64,000 nt of DNA from Nitrososphaeraceae archaeon (GCA_035297365.1 DATGZA010000075.1:1-64000); one strand, 5' to 3'; positions 49,262 to 59,673 are shown, counted from the first letter of the stretch. The notes: a model not told the origin generated them from the sequence alone. Numbers and translations: made by a program.

Positions 49262-50188
49262 CGTTATAGTTTGAAATCAATTATACAACGATGCTTTCAA
49301 CATTCTCTCATTTGTCATGTTCTCTAACCTTATAGCAGTAAGGTATTCTCCAAAGATTCTCTTTATGCAGGATTAAACAATTTGTACAATCCCTCTTTTA
49401 TGATATCTAACGCCATCATTTAAAATGCCAAGCTTAGCATTCCATTCCATTACTGCGACAATTCCTTTATAAATGGTCGTCCATTTCAGTCTAAAGTTCA
49501 TTCCTTTATTGCATATTACATTCCTCTAAATGATAAAAATTGAATTGCTATTAGTATCACACGAACCGTCAATACTGGCAGTATCTAGTTCTCTTAATCT
49601 GTTTTATTGCTATATTACCTACCAAGTCGTGTAATACTAAGGAATCATGTAATTGTTCACTGCTGGATACCAGTAACCATAAAATTTTCTTACTTCTTAT
49701 GTCAACTGCTATACGTACCTTTAGATAGCGTTTTTTAAATCTCCCTTTTTTTTAATACGCTCGTCTCTGAATGATACTTTGATCCCAGTAGAATCAATTG
49801 CGATTACAAAATTATCTTGTAAATTACAGTTCATGACCTCATCGGAAATCTTGGTATCATCCCTCTATTCTTCTGGTAATGTTACTATAATGAGGGATTT
49901 GATGATAATGCATTACAAGCAGGTGCTGGTACTATATCTTCAGTGTGTCTCTATGGTAAATGAAAGTAAAGTTATATATAATCCAACAATTTGGTATACG
50001 AAATTTCCAGCTTCTTTATACCTGTTAATATCTTCCATTTTAGTATCCGGTTGTAAATAACATCAAAATCAAGAGAATCTCTGCTCTCTGTATAAGATAT
50101 TATTATCTTTATTCCCTTCAGTGAAAAAGGTCCTAGCATTAGGATTGTTTGCTAAATTTTTTAGGAATGTGACTTATGCAACAATACA
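49262..50188 (-). mobile_element. Decayed IS5-family transposase pseudogene
   Basis: Minus-strand fragments FVIAIDSTGIKV, YLKVRIAVDIRSKKIL, HDS and IKRIFGEYLTAIRLENM..MLKASLYN, broken by stops and frameshifts; possible terminal remnant TTATGCAACAA near 50175. Confidence 0.85.
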
Positions 50189-50340
50189 TTAAAATCAAAT
50201 AAAGAGATTTGAATCAGGATAGCCCATATACAAATGTGATCCATATGTAAATTATGCTAAAGAATGCTTTTTGTACTTATTGTGCATAAAATATAATCAA
50301 ATAAAATTAATTTTTATTATCCTTATTTTATATTCAGAGT

Positions 50341-51393
50341 ATGATCTCTGCGAGAATAGTTAAAACCAATGAATCTCTGATAATTGAGACTATGCAGCAA
50401 CCAAAACCTGTACATACACAAGTTTTGGTACGAGTTAAAGCTGCTGGAATATGCCATAGTGACCTACATTTGTGGGAAGGAGGATACATTGGTTCTGGTG
50501 GAAAAATGATGAAAGTAGAAGATAGAGGAGTTCGTTTCCCATTAACACCAGGCCATGAAGTAGCAGGTGTGGTGGAGGAAATAGGAGAATCAGTGTCATA
50601 TTTTCAAAAAGGAGACAGAGTTTTGGTCTATCCTTGGATTGGGGACGAGATATGTTCTTCATGCAAGTCAGGGGATGAAAATTTATGTGATAAACCTAGA
50701 ACATTAGGAATTTACCAAGATGGAGGCTACTCAGACTTAATTCTTGTTCCTAATTATAAATACCTAATAAAATTAGAACAGAATGATTTTGATTCTGCAG
50801 CTTCTCTCGCATGTTCTGGGTTAACTGCTTATACAGCAATAAAGAAAGCAGCTGCAACTCCCAATGATAATTTGGTAATTATTGGAGCTGGCGGATTGGG
50901 ATTGATGGCAGTGCAGATAGCGAAATCAATCACTAATTCCAAAATTTTGGTTGTAGATGTAGACAATGAGAAATTAGAGGAAGCGAAAAGATTAGGTGCA
51001 GATCACATTATCAATTCCGTGGAGACTGATCCTATCAAGAATGTAAAAGATTTATCAGGGGGAGAAGGTTGTGAAATAGCAATAGATTTTGTAAATAACA
51101 GTAAAACTGCACCGGTTGCTATAGATAGTTTGAGAAAAAGAGGAAAATATATAATGGTAGGATTATTTGGAGGATCTTTGGAATTGAATCTCCCATTGGT
51201 TCCCCTGAGAGCATTTAATATAATGGGCGCTTATACTGGAAGAATCACAGACTTGGTTGAACTAGTATCACTCTATAAAAAAGGAAAGATAAGTTCTGTT
51301 GTATCAAAGAAATACAAATTGGATGCCGTGAATGACGCTCTACAAGATCTAAAGAACAGAAAAATTATTGGAAGAGCAGTATTTAATCCCTAA
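50341..51393 (+). CDS. adh: Zn-dependent NAD alcohol dehydrogenase
   Basis: GICHSDLH, PGHE, structural Zn site D-EICSSC...C, ACSGLT, GAGGLG. Confidence 0.95.
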   Translation: MISARIVKTNESLIIETMQQPKPVHTQVLVRVKAAGICHSDLHLWEGGYIGSGGKMMKVEDRGVRFPLTPGHEVAGVVEEIGESVSYFQKGDRVLVYPWIGDEICSSCKSGDENLCDKPRTLGIYQDGGYSDLILVPNYKYLIKLEQNDFDSAASLACSGLTAYTAIKKAAATPNDNLVIIGAGGLGLMAVQIAKSITNSKILVVDVDNEKLEEAKRLGADHIINSVETDPIKNVKDLSGGEGCEIAIDFVNNSKTAPVAIDSLRKRGKYIMVGLFGGSLELNLPLVPLRAFNIMGAYTGRITDLVELVSLYKKGKISSVVSKKYKLDAVNDALQDLKNRKIIGRAVFNP

Positions 51394-51435
51394 AGAAAAT
51401 TTCTAATCTTTTATTTTTAATCTTGTTTAAGTGTA

Positions 51436-51594
51436 TCCCGCGAGCAGGATTTGCTCCAAATAACAATTGTTACTTTGTTTGAGCCTGCGACAATTCGGTT
51501 TCTGTTAAATGTAAGCCTGATAGGCTGATCACAACGGTTAGCTAAACAGCCAACTTCTACAGCCGAAAGCTCTACCAGGCTGAGCTATCGCGGG
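51436..51594 (-). tRNA. tRNA-Tyr(GUA) with two BHB introns (57 nt at 37/38, 51556-51500; 28 nt at 58/59, 51478-51451)
   Basis: C1:G72 acceptor CCCGCGA/TCGCGGG-A; D arm GCTC/GAGC; anticodon stem TTCGG/CCGAA; T stem GCAGG/CCTGC; both introns fold into BHB motifs; 74 nt after splicing. Confidence 0.93.
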
Positions 51595-51657
51595 ATACCT
51601 GCTGTGAAACATTTATTATATATAATTGATTCTAAGCAGATATTCAAAGATTCAATT

Positions 51658-52653
51658 TTAATTCGACATGAATTCAGATAAATACAATGAGGAATAAGTA
51701 ATTATTTTATCTGCACCAGATCTTTTAAGTGAACCTAAGAGATTTAAAAGAAAGTGAATCTCATCTATTACTCCTATCTTTGATGCTGCTTTTATCATCG
51801 AATATTCGCCCGACACAATCTGGACTACTGTTGGAGCAGTGTATTTCCTACTAACTTGATAAACTAAATCTAAAGAAGTAATAGAAGGTTTTAACAATAT
51901 CATATCTGCACCTTCTCGAATATCAAATTCAATCTCCCTAAGCACCTCCATGGTGTTGCAATATGATACCTGATAGGAAGATTTGTCCAAGGATTTCGGA
52001 AAGTTGAGGAATACTCCGGATTGAAATGGTTTATAAAGCGACGAGGATTGTTTTGCTGAAAATGAAAGTATTTGTGTTTTCTTATGTCCCTCGGTATCTA
52101 GTTTTTCCCTAATACAACGAACTTGACCATCCATCATTGATGAAGGAGCTACAATATCGGCTCCAGCGATGGAATGACTTAACGCTATCTTAGCTAGATA
52201 ATCGACGGTTTGATCATTTTTAATTTCATTATTTTTGCTCGTTATACCGCAATGTCCAGATTCGTTATAGTGACATAGACATATATCAGTAATCAATTTT
52301 AGTTTATCTCCAAAATTAGATTTCAATGTTCTTACTGTCTTTTGAACAACTCCGTTAGCTGAAAACGCTAAAGAACCATCTCTTGTTTTATTTCTTGGTA
52401 TTCCAAACAATATGATTGATTTAATCCCTTTATCTACTACATCCCCTACCGAATCGATTATTTTATGATAGGGAATCTGAAAAATTCCAGGCATTGATCC
52501 AAGTTGATGATACTTTGCCATCTCAGTAATAAAAATTGGATAAATCAGATCATCTTTATATAGTCTAAAATTTTTTGTCAATTCCAAGTAAAATTTTTGA
52601 TCTGATTCTGACATCCTTAGTACACCGTTGATCAGATTATTTATAACTACCAT
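51658..52653 (-). CDS. hemB: Porphobilinogen synthase (ALA dehydratase), divergent
   Basis: DLIYPIF, DICLCHY..GHCG, GADIVAPS.MMDG, SYQ, EGADM..KP, VSGEY. Confidence 0.88.
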   Translation of the reverse strand: MVVINNLINGVLRMSESDQKFYLELTKNFRLYKDDLIYPIFITEMAKYHQLGSMPGIFQIPYHKIIDSVGDVVDKGIKSIILFGIPRNKTRDGSLAFSANGVVQKTVRTLKSNFGDKLKLITDICLCHYNESGHCGITSKNNEIKNDQTVDYLAKIALSHSIAGADIVAPSSMMDGQVRCIREKLDTEGHKKTQILSFSAKQSSSLYKPFQSGVFLNFPKSLDKSSYQVSYCNTMEVLREIEFDIREGADMILLKPSITSLDLVYQVSRKYTAPTVVQIVSGEYSMIKAASKIGVIDEIHFLLNLLGSLKRSGADKIITYSSLYLSEFMSN

Positions 52654-52698
52654 GCAAGAAGATCATACCATTTGATTTAATGATAAATTGCTTCTTTG

Positions 52699-53364
52699 TC
52701 ATTTTTTTTCATCCTCAGAGAGAGTCCAAGGAAACCATTTCCCAATAATCTTTCCCCAATCTATTTTCAAGTATAAATAAATTATTACTACCAATACTAC
52801 GATACTCACGCCTATTCCAAGATAAAGAAAAATAGGATCGGTTTTTCCGGAAGTAAGAGAATCAACAACCGGACGACCTAGGAAAACGCTACCAAAAACA
52901 ATTATTTCATTTAAAATAAATTTTCCAGAGAATGTAGATATGGCAAATTTCCATGGACTATACTTTGCTAAACCAAGTGGAATATATACCAAGTCGTCAG
53001 GTATTGGAGTCACTGCTGCTATAAACGCCCCAGGCCATCCATATTTTGATACCAATCTTTGTAGGGGCAACATTCTCTTCTTAGTTTTGGTACTTAAAAT
53101 ACGTCGTCCATAATAACTTGCATAAAAAATAATCAATTTAGCTATAACAGCACCTACAGCACTCACAATAGATATAAGATGAGGATCTAACTGTTTATCG
53201 ATTCCTGCCGTAAACAAAACAGGAAAATAAGGAACTGGTATAAATACAACTATACTTGCCAGAAAACTTATTATCAGGATTCCTAGATATCTACCTATGT
53301 TACCATATTCTTCTACGTATCCAAAATCTTGAAAGAATGAAAGCAGATCATTAGTATTTTCCAA
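52699..53364 (-). CDS. DedA/VTT-domain membrane protein
   Basis: FIPVPY, YYGR, AVTPIPDD..IPLG, GK; TM helices. Confidence 0.88.
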   Translation of the reverse strand: MENTNDLLSFFQDFGYVEEYGNIGRYLGILIISFLASIVVFIPVPYFPVLFTAGIDKQLDPHLISIVSAVGAVIAKLIIFYASYYGRRILSTKTKKRMLPLQRLVSKYGWPGAFIAAVTPIPDDLVYIPLGLAKYSPWKFAISTFSGKFILNEIIVFGSVFLGRPVVDSLTSGKTDPIFLYLGIGVSIVVLVVIIYLYLKIDWGKIIGKWFPWTLSEDEKK

Positions 53365-53492
53365 GTATCGTTACTCCTTTTCCTTGTATCTATTCTATAT
53401 TTAAGTGAATAATGAGATCAATAATTCCTCATACACTTGATTTTAATATTATTATCGTATATTATTTTAATAAAAGTAAATATGTGTCTCAT

Positions 53493-54980
53493 TTAGTAGG
53501 CTTTTGCAAAAATAACAACATGTTTTGAGGGCTTTCTACAGAATATACAACGAGCATTTTCGTCTTTTTCCTCTAAATCAAAAGGAATTATCCTAATATC
53601 TGCACCGGTATCGTCTTTTATTTTATTTTCGCAATCTTCATTTCCACACCAAGTGGATAATATAAAACCGCTATTTTTATCTAATTTATCTCGCATGTCA
53701 TCATAACTTGAAACTTTACGGAAATTATTCAGATGAAACTGCAACGCCTTATCATACATTGCCTTTTGAATATCAGATAAGATAGTCGTAAGAGATCTTA
53801 CTAAGTTGTTTGTTCTTTCAATAATTAATTTCTCTTTTGTATCTCTTCTTACAAGTTCTAACTTTTCATTATTTATATCCCTTGAACCTATATTGATTCT
53901 AAGTGGAATCCCCTTTATTTCCCAATCATTGAACTTCCATCCTGATGTATATCCATCTCTTGCATCCAGGTGACTTCTCATCCCTCCTGATACCAATTCA
54001 TTTTGCAATTTTTTTGATTCTTCAATTACCAAATCTTTATTGCTATTTTTATAAATTGGTACGATAACTATCTGAATAGGTGCAATATTTGGAGGTAAAA
54101 TTAAGCCTTTGTCATCTCCATGAACCATTATTAATGCACCTATTAATCTCCAGGACATTCCCCAAGAAGTTTGCCATGCAAAATATTGCTTGGAATCCTT
54201 TCCAAGAAATCTTATCTCAAATGGTTTCGAGAAATTTTGTCCGAGATTGTGAGACGTCGCCATTTGTAAGGCCTTACCATCAGGCATTATTGATTCGAGG
54301 CTGGTAGTATACGAAGCCCCAACGAATTTCTCTTTTTCAGTCTTTAAACCTTTGACTGTAGGGATAGCAAGATAATTTTCTATTAATTCTTGATAATATC
54401 CTAAAATTAGTAAAACTTCATTTTCGGCATCGCTGCTAGTTTCATGGACTGTATGTCCCTCTTGCCAAAGAAATTCAGAATTTCTTATGAAGGGTTTTGT
54501 AGATTTTATCTCCGCCCTCAGAGCAGAATTCCAAAAATTTATTTTTAAGGGCAGGTCACGATGACTCATTATCCATTTTGAAAAAATGTTATAAGCTAAA
54601 GTTTCTGAGGTTGGACGAACCGCTAATTTATCTGAAAGATTATTGTTTCCGGCCTTTGTAACCCAAAATACTTCTGGAGTAAAGCCAGTAAAGTGGTCTT
54701 TCTCTTTCGAAAGAAGACTTTCTGGAATCAATATAGGTAAAAAACCATTTTCATGTCCGGATTCTTTTAGTTTCTTATCAAGAATCTCTTTGATATTTTC
54801 CCAAATTCGATATCCATAAGGTCTAAGAATAATAAATCCCTTAACTGGAGAATAATCAACTAACCCTGATTTGGTAACCGCTTGAGTGTACCATTCAGAA
54901 AAATTATCATTTTTCTTTACAGTTATTCCGATTTCCTTAGAATCTGACAAAAATTTATTCCTCTTTTTAAGAGTTTCCAA
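53493..54980 (-). CDS. proS: Proline--tRNA ligase (archaeal/eukaryotic type)
   Basis: FSEWY, RPTSET, EFLWQEGHT, SHNLGQNF, SWG.S.R, C-terminal FAKAY. Confidence 0.97.
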   Translation of the reverse strand: METLKKRNKFLSDSKEIGITVKKNDNFSEWYTQAVTKSGLVDYSPVKGFIILRPYGYRIWENIKEILDKKLKESGHENGFLPILIPESLLSKEKDHFTGFTPEVFWVTKAGNNNLSDKLAVRPTSETLAYNIFSKWIMSHRDLPLKINFWNSALRAEIKSTKPFIRNSEFLWQEGHTVHETSSDAENEVLLILGYYQELIENYLAIPTVKGLKTEKEKFVGASYTTSLESIMPDGKALQMATSHNLGQNFSKPFEIRFLGKDSKQYFAWQTSWGMSWRLIGALIMVHGDDKGLILPPNIAPIQIVIVPIYKNSNKDLVIEESKKLQNELVSGGMRSHLDARDGYTSGWKFNDWEIKGIPLRINIGSRDINNEKLELVRRDTKEKLIIERTNNLVRSLTTILSDIQKAMYDKALQFHLNNFRKVSSYDDMRDKLDKNSGFILSTWCGNEDCENKIKDDTGADIRIIPFDLEEKDENARCIFCRKPSKHVVIFAKAY

Positions 54981-54994
54981 TAATCATTTTAAAA

Positions 54995-55306
54995 TTAAAG
55001 TGGTTCTCCACGACAGTATACCTTCCCAGAAATCCTACTATTGAAATTTTTACAAACATAACATTGTACAAAAGGCACTTCTTTTTGCAATACTGGACAA
55101 TCGACTGATTCCATTTTCATCCTTTTAAGCATTTTTGGACTAACTCCTTTTAATTTTAGTTTACCTTTGTCATCCATCATACCAATTCCCTTTAATTGAT
55201 TTTTAACGTCATCAGTTAATCTAGAACTTTTTTCCGATAATTTTATAGGTACTATGAATTTTGTTTCACTATCAAGATTATTGTTAGAATTTGAATCTTC
55301 CATCAA
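54995..55306 (-). CDS. Small hypothetical protein with four Cys (putative Zn-binding)
   Basis: VDCP....VPFVQCYVC.NF..R..G.VYC.G. Confidence 0.75.
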   Translation of the reverse strand: MMEDSNSNNNLDSETKFIVPIKLSEKSSRLTDDVKNQLKGIGMMDDKGKLKLKGVSPKMLKRMKMESVDCPVLQKEVPFVQCYVCKNFNSRISGKVYCRGEPL

Positions 55307-55412
55307 AATATTTTTCCTTCAATAGAATATATTTGATTTCCTCACCAAAATTATTTATGAAAAAATAGAATTACTTTTTATATTATAACTACTTTAAAAC
55401 ACTATTAACAAA

Positions 55413-56609
55413 TTGAATTCAGAGCTGATACCGTGTAAGAATAGTATTGTATCTGAAATTCTCCGAAAGTGTTTTGAAAAAAAAACTCTATCAAAAGATG
55501 AAATTCTTTTATTATTAGAATCAAAAGAAGATCATTCTATATTCCATGTTGCTTCCTTTCTAAAGGAAATTTATAAAAAAAAGACGATAACCTACTCTAG
55601 AAAAATTTTCATCAACATCACAAATTTATGCAAGGATTTTTGTTCCTATTGTACCTACAGAAAAGATCCTTATCATCAACAAGCAGTCATGATGTATCCA
55701 AATGAAATATTGGAATTGGCAGAGAAAGGAAAAAAATACAAGTGTACTGAAGCTTTGATAGTTTCAGGAGAAAGACCAGAAGACAGATATAATGAAGCAA
55801 AAGATTGGTTGAGATCATTAAATTTTAAGTCTACTGTTGAATACGTTAGCAACATTTCAGAAAAAATAACTAAAAAAACCGGATTGCTTCCACATTCTAA
55901 TTTGGGAAATATATCCAAGGATGAGATGAAAATGTTAAAAGATTATAATGTTAGTTTGGGATTAATGTTGGAGTCTTCAACCTATAGATTAAGACAGAAA
56001 GGGATGGCTCATGAATACGCACCAAGCAAGGACCCAGGAATCAGGTTAGAAACAATTGAAAATGCAGGTATATTAAAAATTCCTTTAACTACAGGAATAT
56101 TGATAGGTATAGGAGAGAATATTGAGGAAATAATAGACTCGATTTTGTTAATTGGAAATATTAATTCGAAATATGGTCACATTCAGGAAATTATCCTTCA
56201 AAACTTTAGGCCAAAAACTAATACGAAAATGCGTAATATGCCCCCTCCAGACGATAATCTTTTTTTGAGATTAGTTGCAATATCGCGAATATTATTGCCT
56301 ACAATGAATATACAAATTCCACCTAATTTATCTCCATTAAACTATATATCGTTTATTGATGTTGGAATTAATGATTGGGGAGGTATTTCACCTCTTACTG
56401 TTGACCACGTAAATCCAGAATTTGCTTGGCCTGATATTAAAGATATAAAAAAAAATACTCGATCAAAGAACCAAATTTTGAGAGCAAGACTACCTATTTA
56501 TCCCGAATTTATAAAAAAAGAATTCATTAATCCAACTCTAGAAAATTATATAGATAATCTAATAGATAAAGACGGATTAGTAAAAGAGGAATATTTAAAT
56601 GAATTTTGA
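55413..56609 (+). CDS. cofG: FO synthase subunit 1
   Basis: ITYSR, TNLCKDFCSYCTY, LPHSN.G, GLMLE, QNF.PK, Q.PPNL, GINDWGG.SP.T.D.VNPE. Confidence 0.96.
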   Translation: MNSELIPCKNSIVSEILRKCFEKKTLSKDEILLLLESKEDHSIFHVASFLKEIYKKKTITYSRKIFINITNLCKDFCSYCTYRKDPYHQQAVMMYPNEILELAEKGKKYKCTEALIVSGERPEDRYNEAKDWLRSLNFKSTVEYVSNISEKITKKTGLLPHSNLGNISKDEMKMLKDYNVSLGLMLESSTYRLRQKGMAHEYAPSKDPGIRLETIENAGILKIPLTTGILIGIGENIEEIIDSILLIGNINSKYGHIQEIILQNFRPKTNTKMRNMPPPDDNLFLRLVAISRILLPTMNIQIPPNLSPLNYISFIDVGINDWGGISPLTVDHVNPEFAWPDIKDIKKNTRSKNQILRARLPIYPEFIKKEFINPTLENYIDNLIDKDGLVKEEYLNEF

Positions 56610-57843
56610 AAGTATTCAAAAATATATTGACCCAGTAATTTCAGAAATTTTAGACAAAGCAGTGAACAATAAAGAAATTACTATTTCTGAAGTAGTAGAA
56701 TTACTCGATTGTAATGGAATGGAAATGAATATGTTAATTGTTGTTGCAAATTATCTTCGTGAAATTAAAAATGGTAATGTGGTTACATATGTTTTGAACA
56801 GAAATATTAATTTTACTAACGTTTGCATCAAAAGATGTGGATTCTGTGCTTTTAGTAGAGATTTTAGACAAGAGGAAGGATATTTTTTACCAACTGAAGA
56901 AGTTGTTAGGAGATCAAAAGAAGCATATCAATACGGAGCAACAGAAGTTTGTATACAAGCTGGACTACCTCCCAAGATGAATGGAAATCTATACGTAGAA
57001 TTATGTAATTCAATTAAAAAAGAAATTCCAAATATTCATATTCATGCTTTTTCACCAGAGGAGATAATGTATGGAGCTCAACGTTCAAATATTTCAGTAA
57101 AAGAATATCTAAGTAGGCTAAAAGACGCAGGACTAGATAGCATTCCAGGAACAGCTGCTGAAATACTTGACCAAGAGATTAGAAATATTATTTCACCTGG
57201 AAGAATTTCTGTAAAAGACTGGATTGATACTATAAAGACAGCTCACTCCATTGGAATTCCATCAACTTCTACAATTATGTATGGACATATTGAATCTCAT
57301 AAACACATAGCAGAGCATTTGCAAATAATAAAAAACATACAAAAGGAAACTAGAGGGTTTACAGAATTTGTTCCCTTAAGCTTTGTTCATACTGAAGCAC
57401 CGATGTTTAACAAGAATTTAATAGACAATATAAGCCCTGGTCCAGATGGCGCGTATGTATTGAAAGTGCATGCAGTATCAAGAATTTTCCTTAATAGCTA
57501 TATAAACAACATACAAGTTTCTTGGGTAAAAGAAGGTCCCAGGATGAGTCAAATCTTGTTAGATGCAGGAGTGAATGATTTTGGTGGAACATTGATAAAT
57601 GAAAGTATTTCCACGTCCGCTGGTGCAAATAATGGACAAATATTAAAACCAAAGAATATCAGACAAATAATTCACAGTGCTGGAAAAATTCCAGCACAGA
57701 GAACTTCAAGATATAAAATCATTAAAAAATTCTGCGAAGAAGACTATGATGACGAAGAGCTATTGGATAAGGCTGACGCCGAATCGTTTGGATCATACCA
57801 AGAATTAATTAAATTAGATAAGTTCAGATTCAGGAAAGAATAA
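56599..57843 (+). CDS. cofH: FO synthase subunit 2
   Basis: VTYV.NRNINFTNVC...CGFCAF, HAFSPEE, PGTAAEIL, IQVSWVKEG, ND.GGTL..ESI. Confidence 0.96.
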   Translation: MNFESIQKYIDPVISEILDKAVNNKEITISEVVELLDCNGMEMNMLIVVANYLREIKNGNVVTYVLNRNINFTNVCIKRCGFCAFSRDFRQEEGYFLPTEEVVRRSKEAYQYGATEVCIQAGLPPKMNGNLYVELCNSIKKEIPNIHIHAFSPEEIMYGAQRSNISVKEYLSRLKDAGLDSIPGTAAEILDQEIRNIISPGRISVKDWIDTIKTAHSIGIPSTSTIMYGHIESHKHIAEHLQIIKNIQKETRGFTEFVPLSFVHTEAPMFNKNLIDNISPGPDGAYVLKVHAVSRIFLNSYINNIQVSWVKEGPRMSQILLDAGVNDFGGTLINESISTSAGANNGQILKPKNIRQIIHSAGKIPAQRTSRYKIIKKFCEEDYDDEELLDKADAESFGSYQELIKLDKFRFRKE

Positions 57844-57978
57844 GAAAACCTATTAAAACTAAACTAGAAAATTTATAAATATCGATCTTCTAATATCATT
57901 TTTATTTAAAGTGCAAACACCATATTTCTAAAATAAGAATTGGTAAGATTTATCAATAGTAATAGATTTTCATAATTT

Positions 57979-59673
57979 TTGTATAAATATATGAATAATT
58001 CTCTAAAAAATTCTTTCAAATGGAAAACATTGCAACATAATGGAGTTGCTTTTCCTCCAGATTATTCCTACAAGGGAATAAAAATTGGGATAAAAAATGA
58101 TCAATTTCAATTAAATAACGACCAAGAAGAATTGATATATGCTTGGGCAAAAAAGAAAGATTCTCATTATATTCGAGATGATGTATTTCAAAAAAACTTC
58201 TTAACAGATCTTAAAAAATTATTACCTAACAGATTTCAATACATAAAAAATATTAGCGATATTGATTTTTCTGAGGCTTTCGGACTGGTCGATGAAGAAC
58301 AAAGAATAAAATATTTAGAAAAAGAAAAAATCAAATCATTACCTATAGAAGAGAAAAAAAAACTATCATCAGAAAAGAAAAAACAAAAAGAGTCGTTGAA
58401 AAAAACATATGGCATAGCAATAATAGACGGAGTTGAAGTGGAGGTCGCAAACTGGTTAGTTGAACCACCGGGATTGTTTATGGGAAGAGGATTACATCCT
58501 CTAAGAGGACGATGGAAACCAAGAATAAGACCTCAGGACGTTATATTGAACTTGGATGAAAATTCTCCTGTTCCCGAGGGGGCATGGAAGAAAGTTGTAC
58601 ATGACCATTCCTCTACATGGCTTGCAACATGGACGGAAACATTAACTAGTAAGAGAAAGTATGTTTGGTTACACGATTCTGCATTATTAAGGCAAGATAA
58701 AGATAGAGAAAAATATGATAAAGCAAAAAATCTAGAAAAACATGTAGAGAAAATTGAAAAGGATATAATAAATAAAATGATTAACGAAAAAGATCTTAAT
58801 CAAAAAAAAATTGCAACAGTTTGTTATCTTATATTAAAATTAGCTATGAGAGTTGGCGACGAAAAAGACACAGATGAAACTGATACTGTAGGAGCATCAA
58901 CTTTAAGAGTAGAACATATTAAATTTCCTGAAACATATGATGGAAGAAAATTTATACAATTTAATTTTCTTGGTAAGGATAGCGTACCTTGGCAAAAAAC
59001 CATTGAAATAAGTTCCATAGACACAAATACATTATATGAAAACCTACGATTTTTTATGATGAATAAACAGAAGGATAGTGAAATTTTTGACAATATAAAC
59101 TCTGCAAAGGTGAATTCTTTCCTAAGGAATCTTGATCCTAAAAATGTTCCCGGATTGACCGCAAAAGTATTTAGAACATATTTAGCAACAAAAATAGTTA
59201 AAGATGCATTAAAATCGCCACCTGTACAAGTGGGTAAAAATTCATCCGAATTCAAAAAAATCTATATCGCAAAAATCGCAAATTTAAGCGCAGCTATAGA
59301 ATGTAATCACAAAAAAGGAATTGATCCTAATAATCCAGCAAGTAAGAAGGCTATCGAAAGATTAGAGGAATCATTGGAAAAAAAGAAGCAAACAATTATG
59401 AATCTAAGAAATGACATCAAATTGAAAAAATGGAAAACAGAAAAGCAAAAAGAAAAATTAGAATCCAGAATTGAAAAAATAACGTATCAATTAAAACTGC
59501 AGAAGGAAACTAGTGACTACAATCTTGGAACATCATTGAGAAATTATATTGATCCCAGAGTGATGAAGTGGTGGATGGATAGCATAGGTCTGGATTGGAA
59601 GAAAGTATACACAACAACCCTCCAAAGAAAATTTAAATGGATAGAAACATCCGAAATATCAAAGGGTGTCTAA
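57979..59673 (+). CDS. top1: DNA topoisomerase IB (eukaryote-like)
   Basis: KWKTLQHNG, EPPGLF.GRG.HP, AMRVG.EK, FLGKDS, AKVFRTY, CNH, GTS..NYIDPR; ATG 57991 is an alternative start. Confidence 0.96.
   Translation: MYKYMNNSLKNSFKWKTLQHNGVAFPPDYSYKGIKIGIKNDQFQLNNDQEELIYAWAKKKDSHYIRDDVFQKNFLTDLKKLLPNRFQYIKNISDIDFSEAFGLVDEEQRIKYLEKEKIKSLPIEEKKKLSSEKKKQKESLKKTYGIAIIDGVEVEVANWLVEPPGLFMGRGLHPLRGRWKPRIRPQDVILNLDENSPVPEGAWKKVVHDHSSTWLATWTETLTSKRKYVWLHDSALLRQDKDREKYDKAKNLEKHVEKIEKDIINKMINEKDLNQKKIATVCYLILKLAMRVGDEKDTDETDTVGASTLRVEHIKFPETYDGRKFIQFNFLGKDSVPWQKTIEISSIDTNTLYENLRFFMMNKQKDSEIFDNINSAKVNSFLRNLDPKNVPGLTAKVFRTYLATKIVKDALKSPPVQVGKNSSEFKKIYIAKIANLSAAIECNHKKGIDPNNPASKKAIERLEESLEKKKQTIMNLRNDIKLKKWKTEKQKEKLESRIEKITYQLKLQKETSDYNLGTSLRNYIDPRVMKWWMDSIGLDWKKVYTTTLQRKFKWIETSEISKGV

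Noticed and set aside
49779-50060. 93-aa plus-strand ORF
   Set aside because: Antisense to the IS5 transposase relic.
3027-59255. Many 60-140 aa antisense or nested ORFs in the track (e.g. 3127-3432, 6362-6733, 25812-26150, 30045-30353, 43563-43871, 58824-59255)
   Set aside because: They are shadows of well-supported genes on the opposite strand and have no recognisable motifs.
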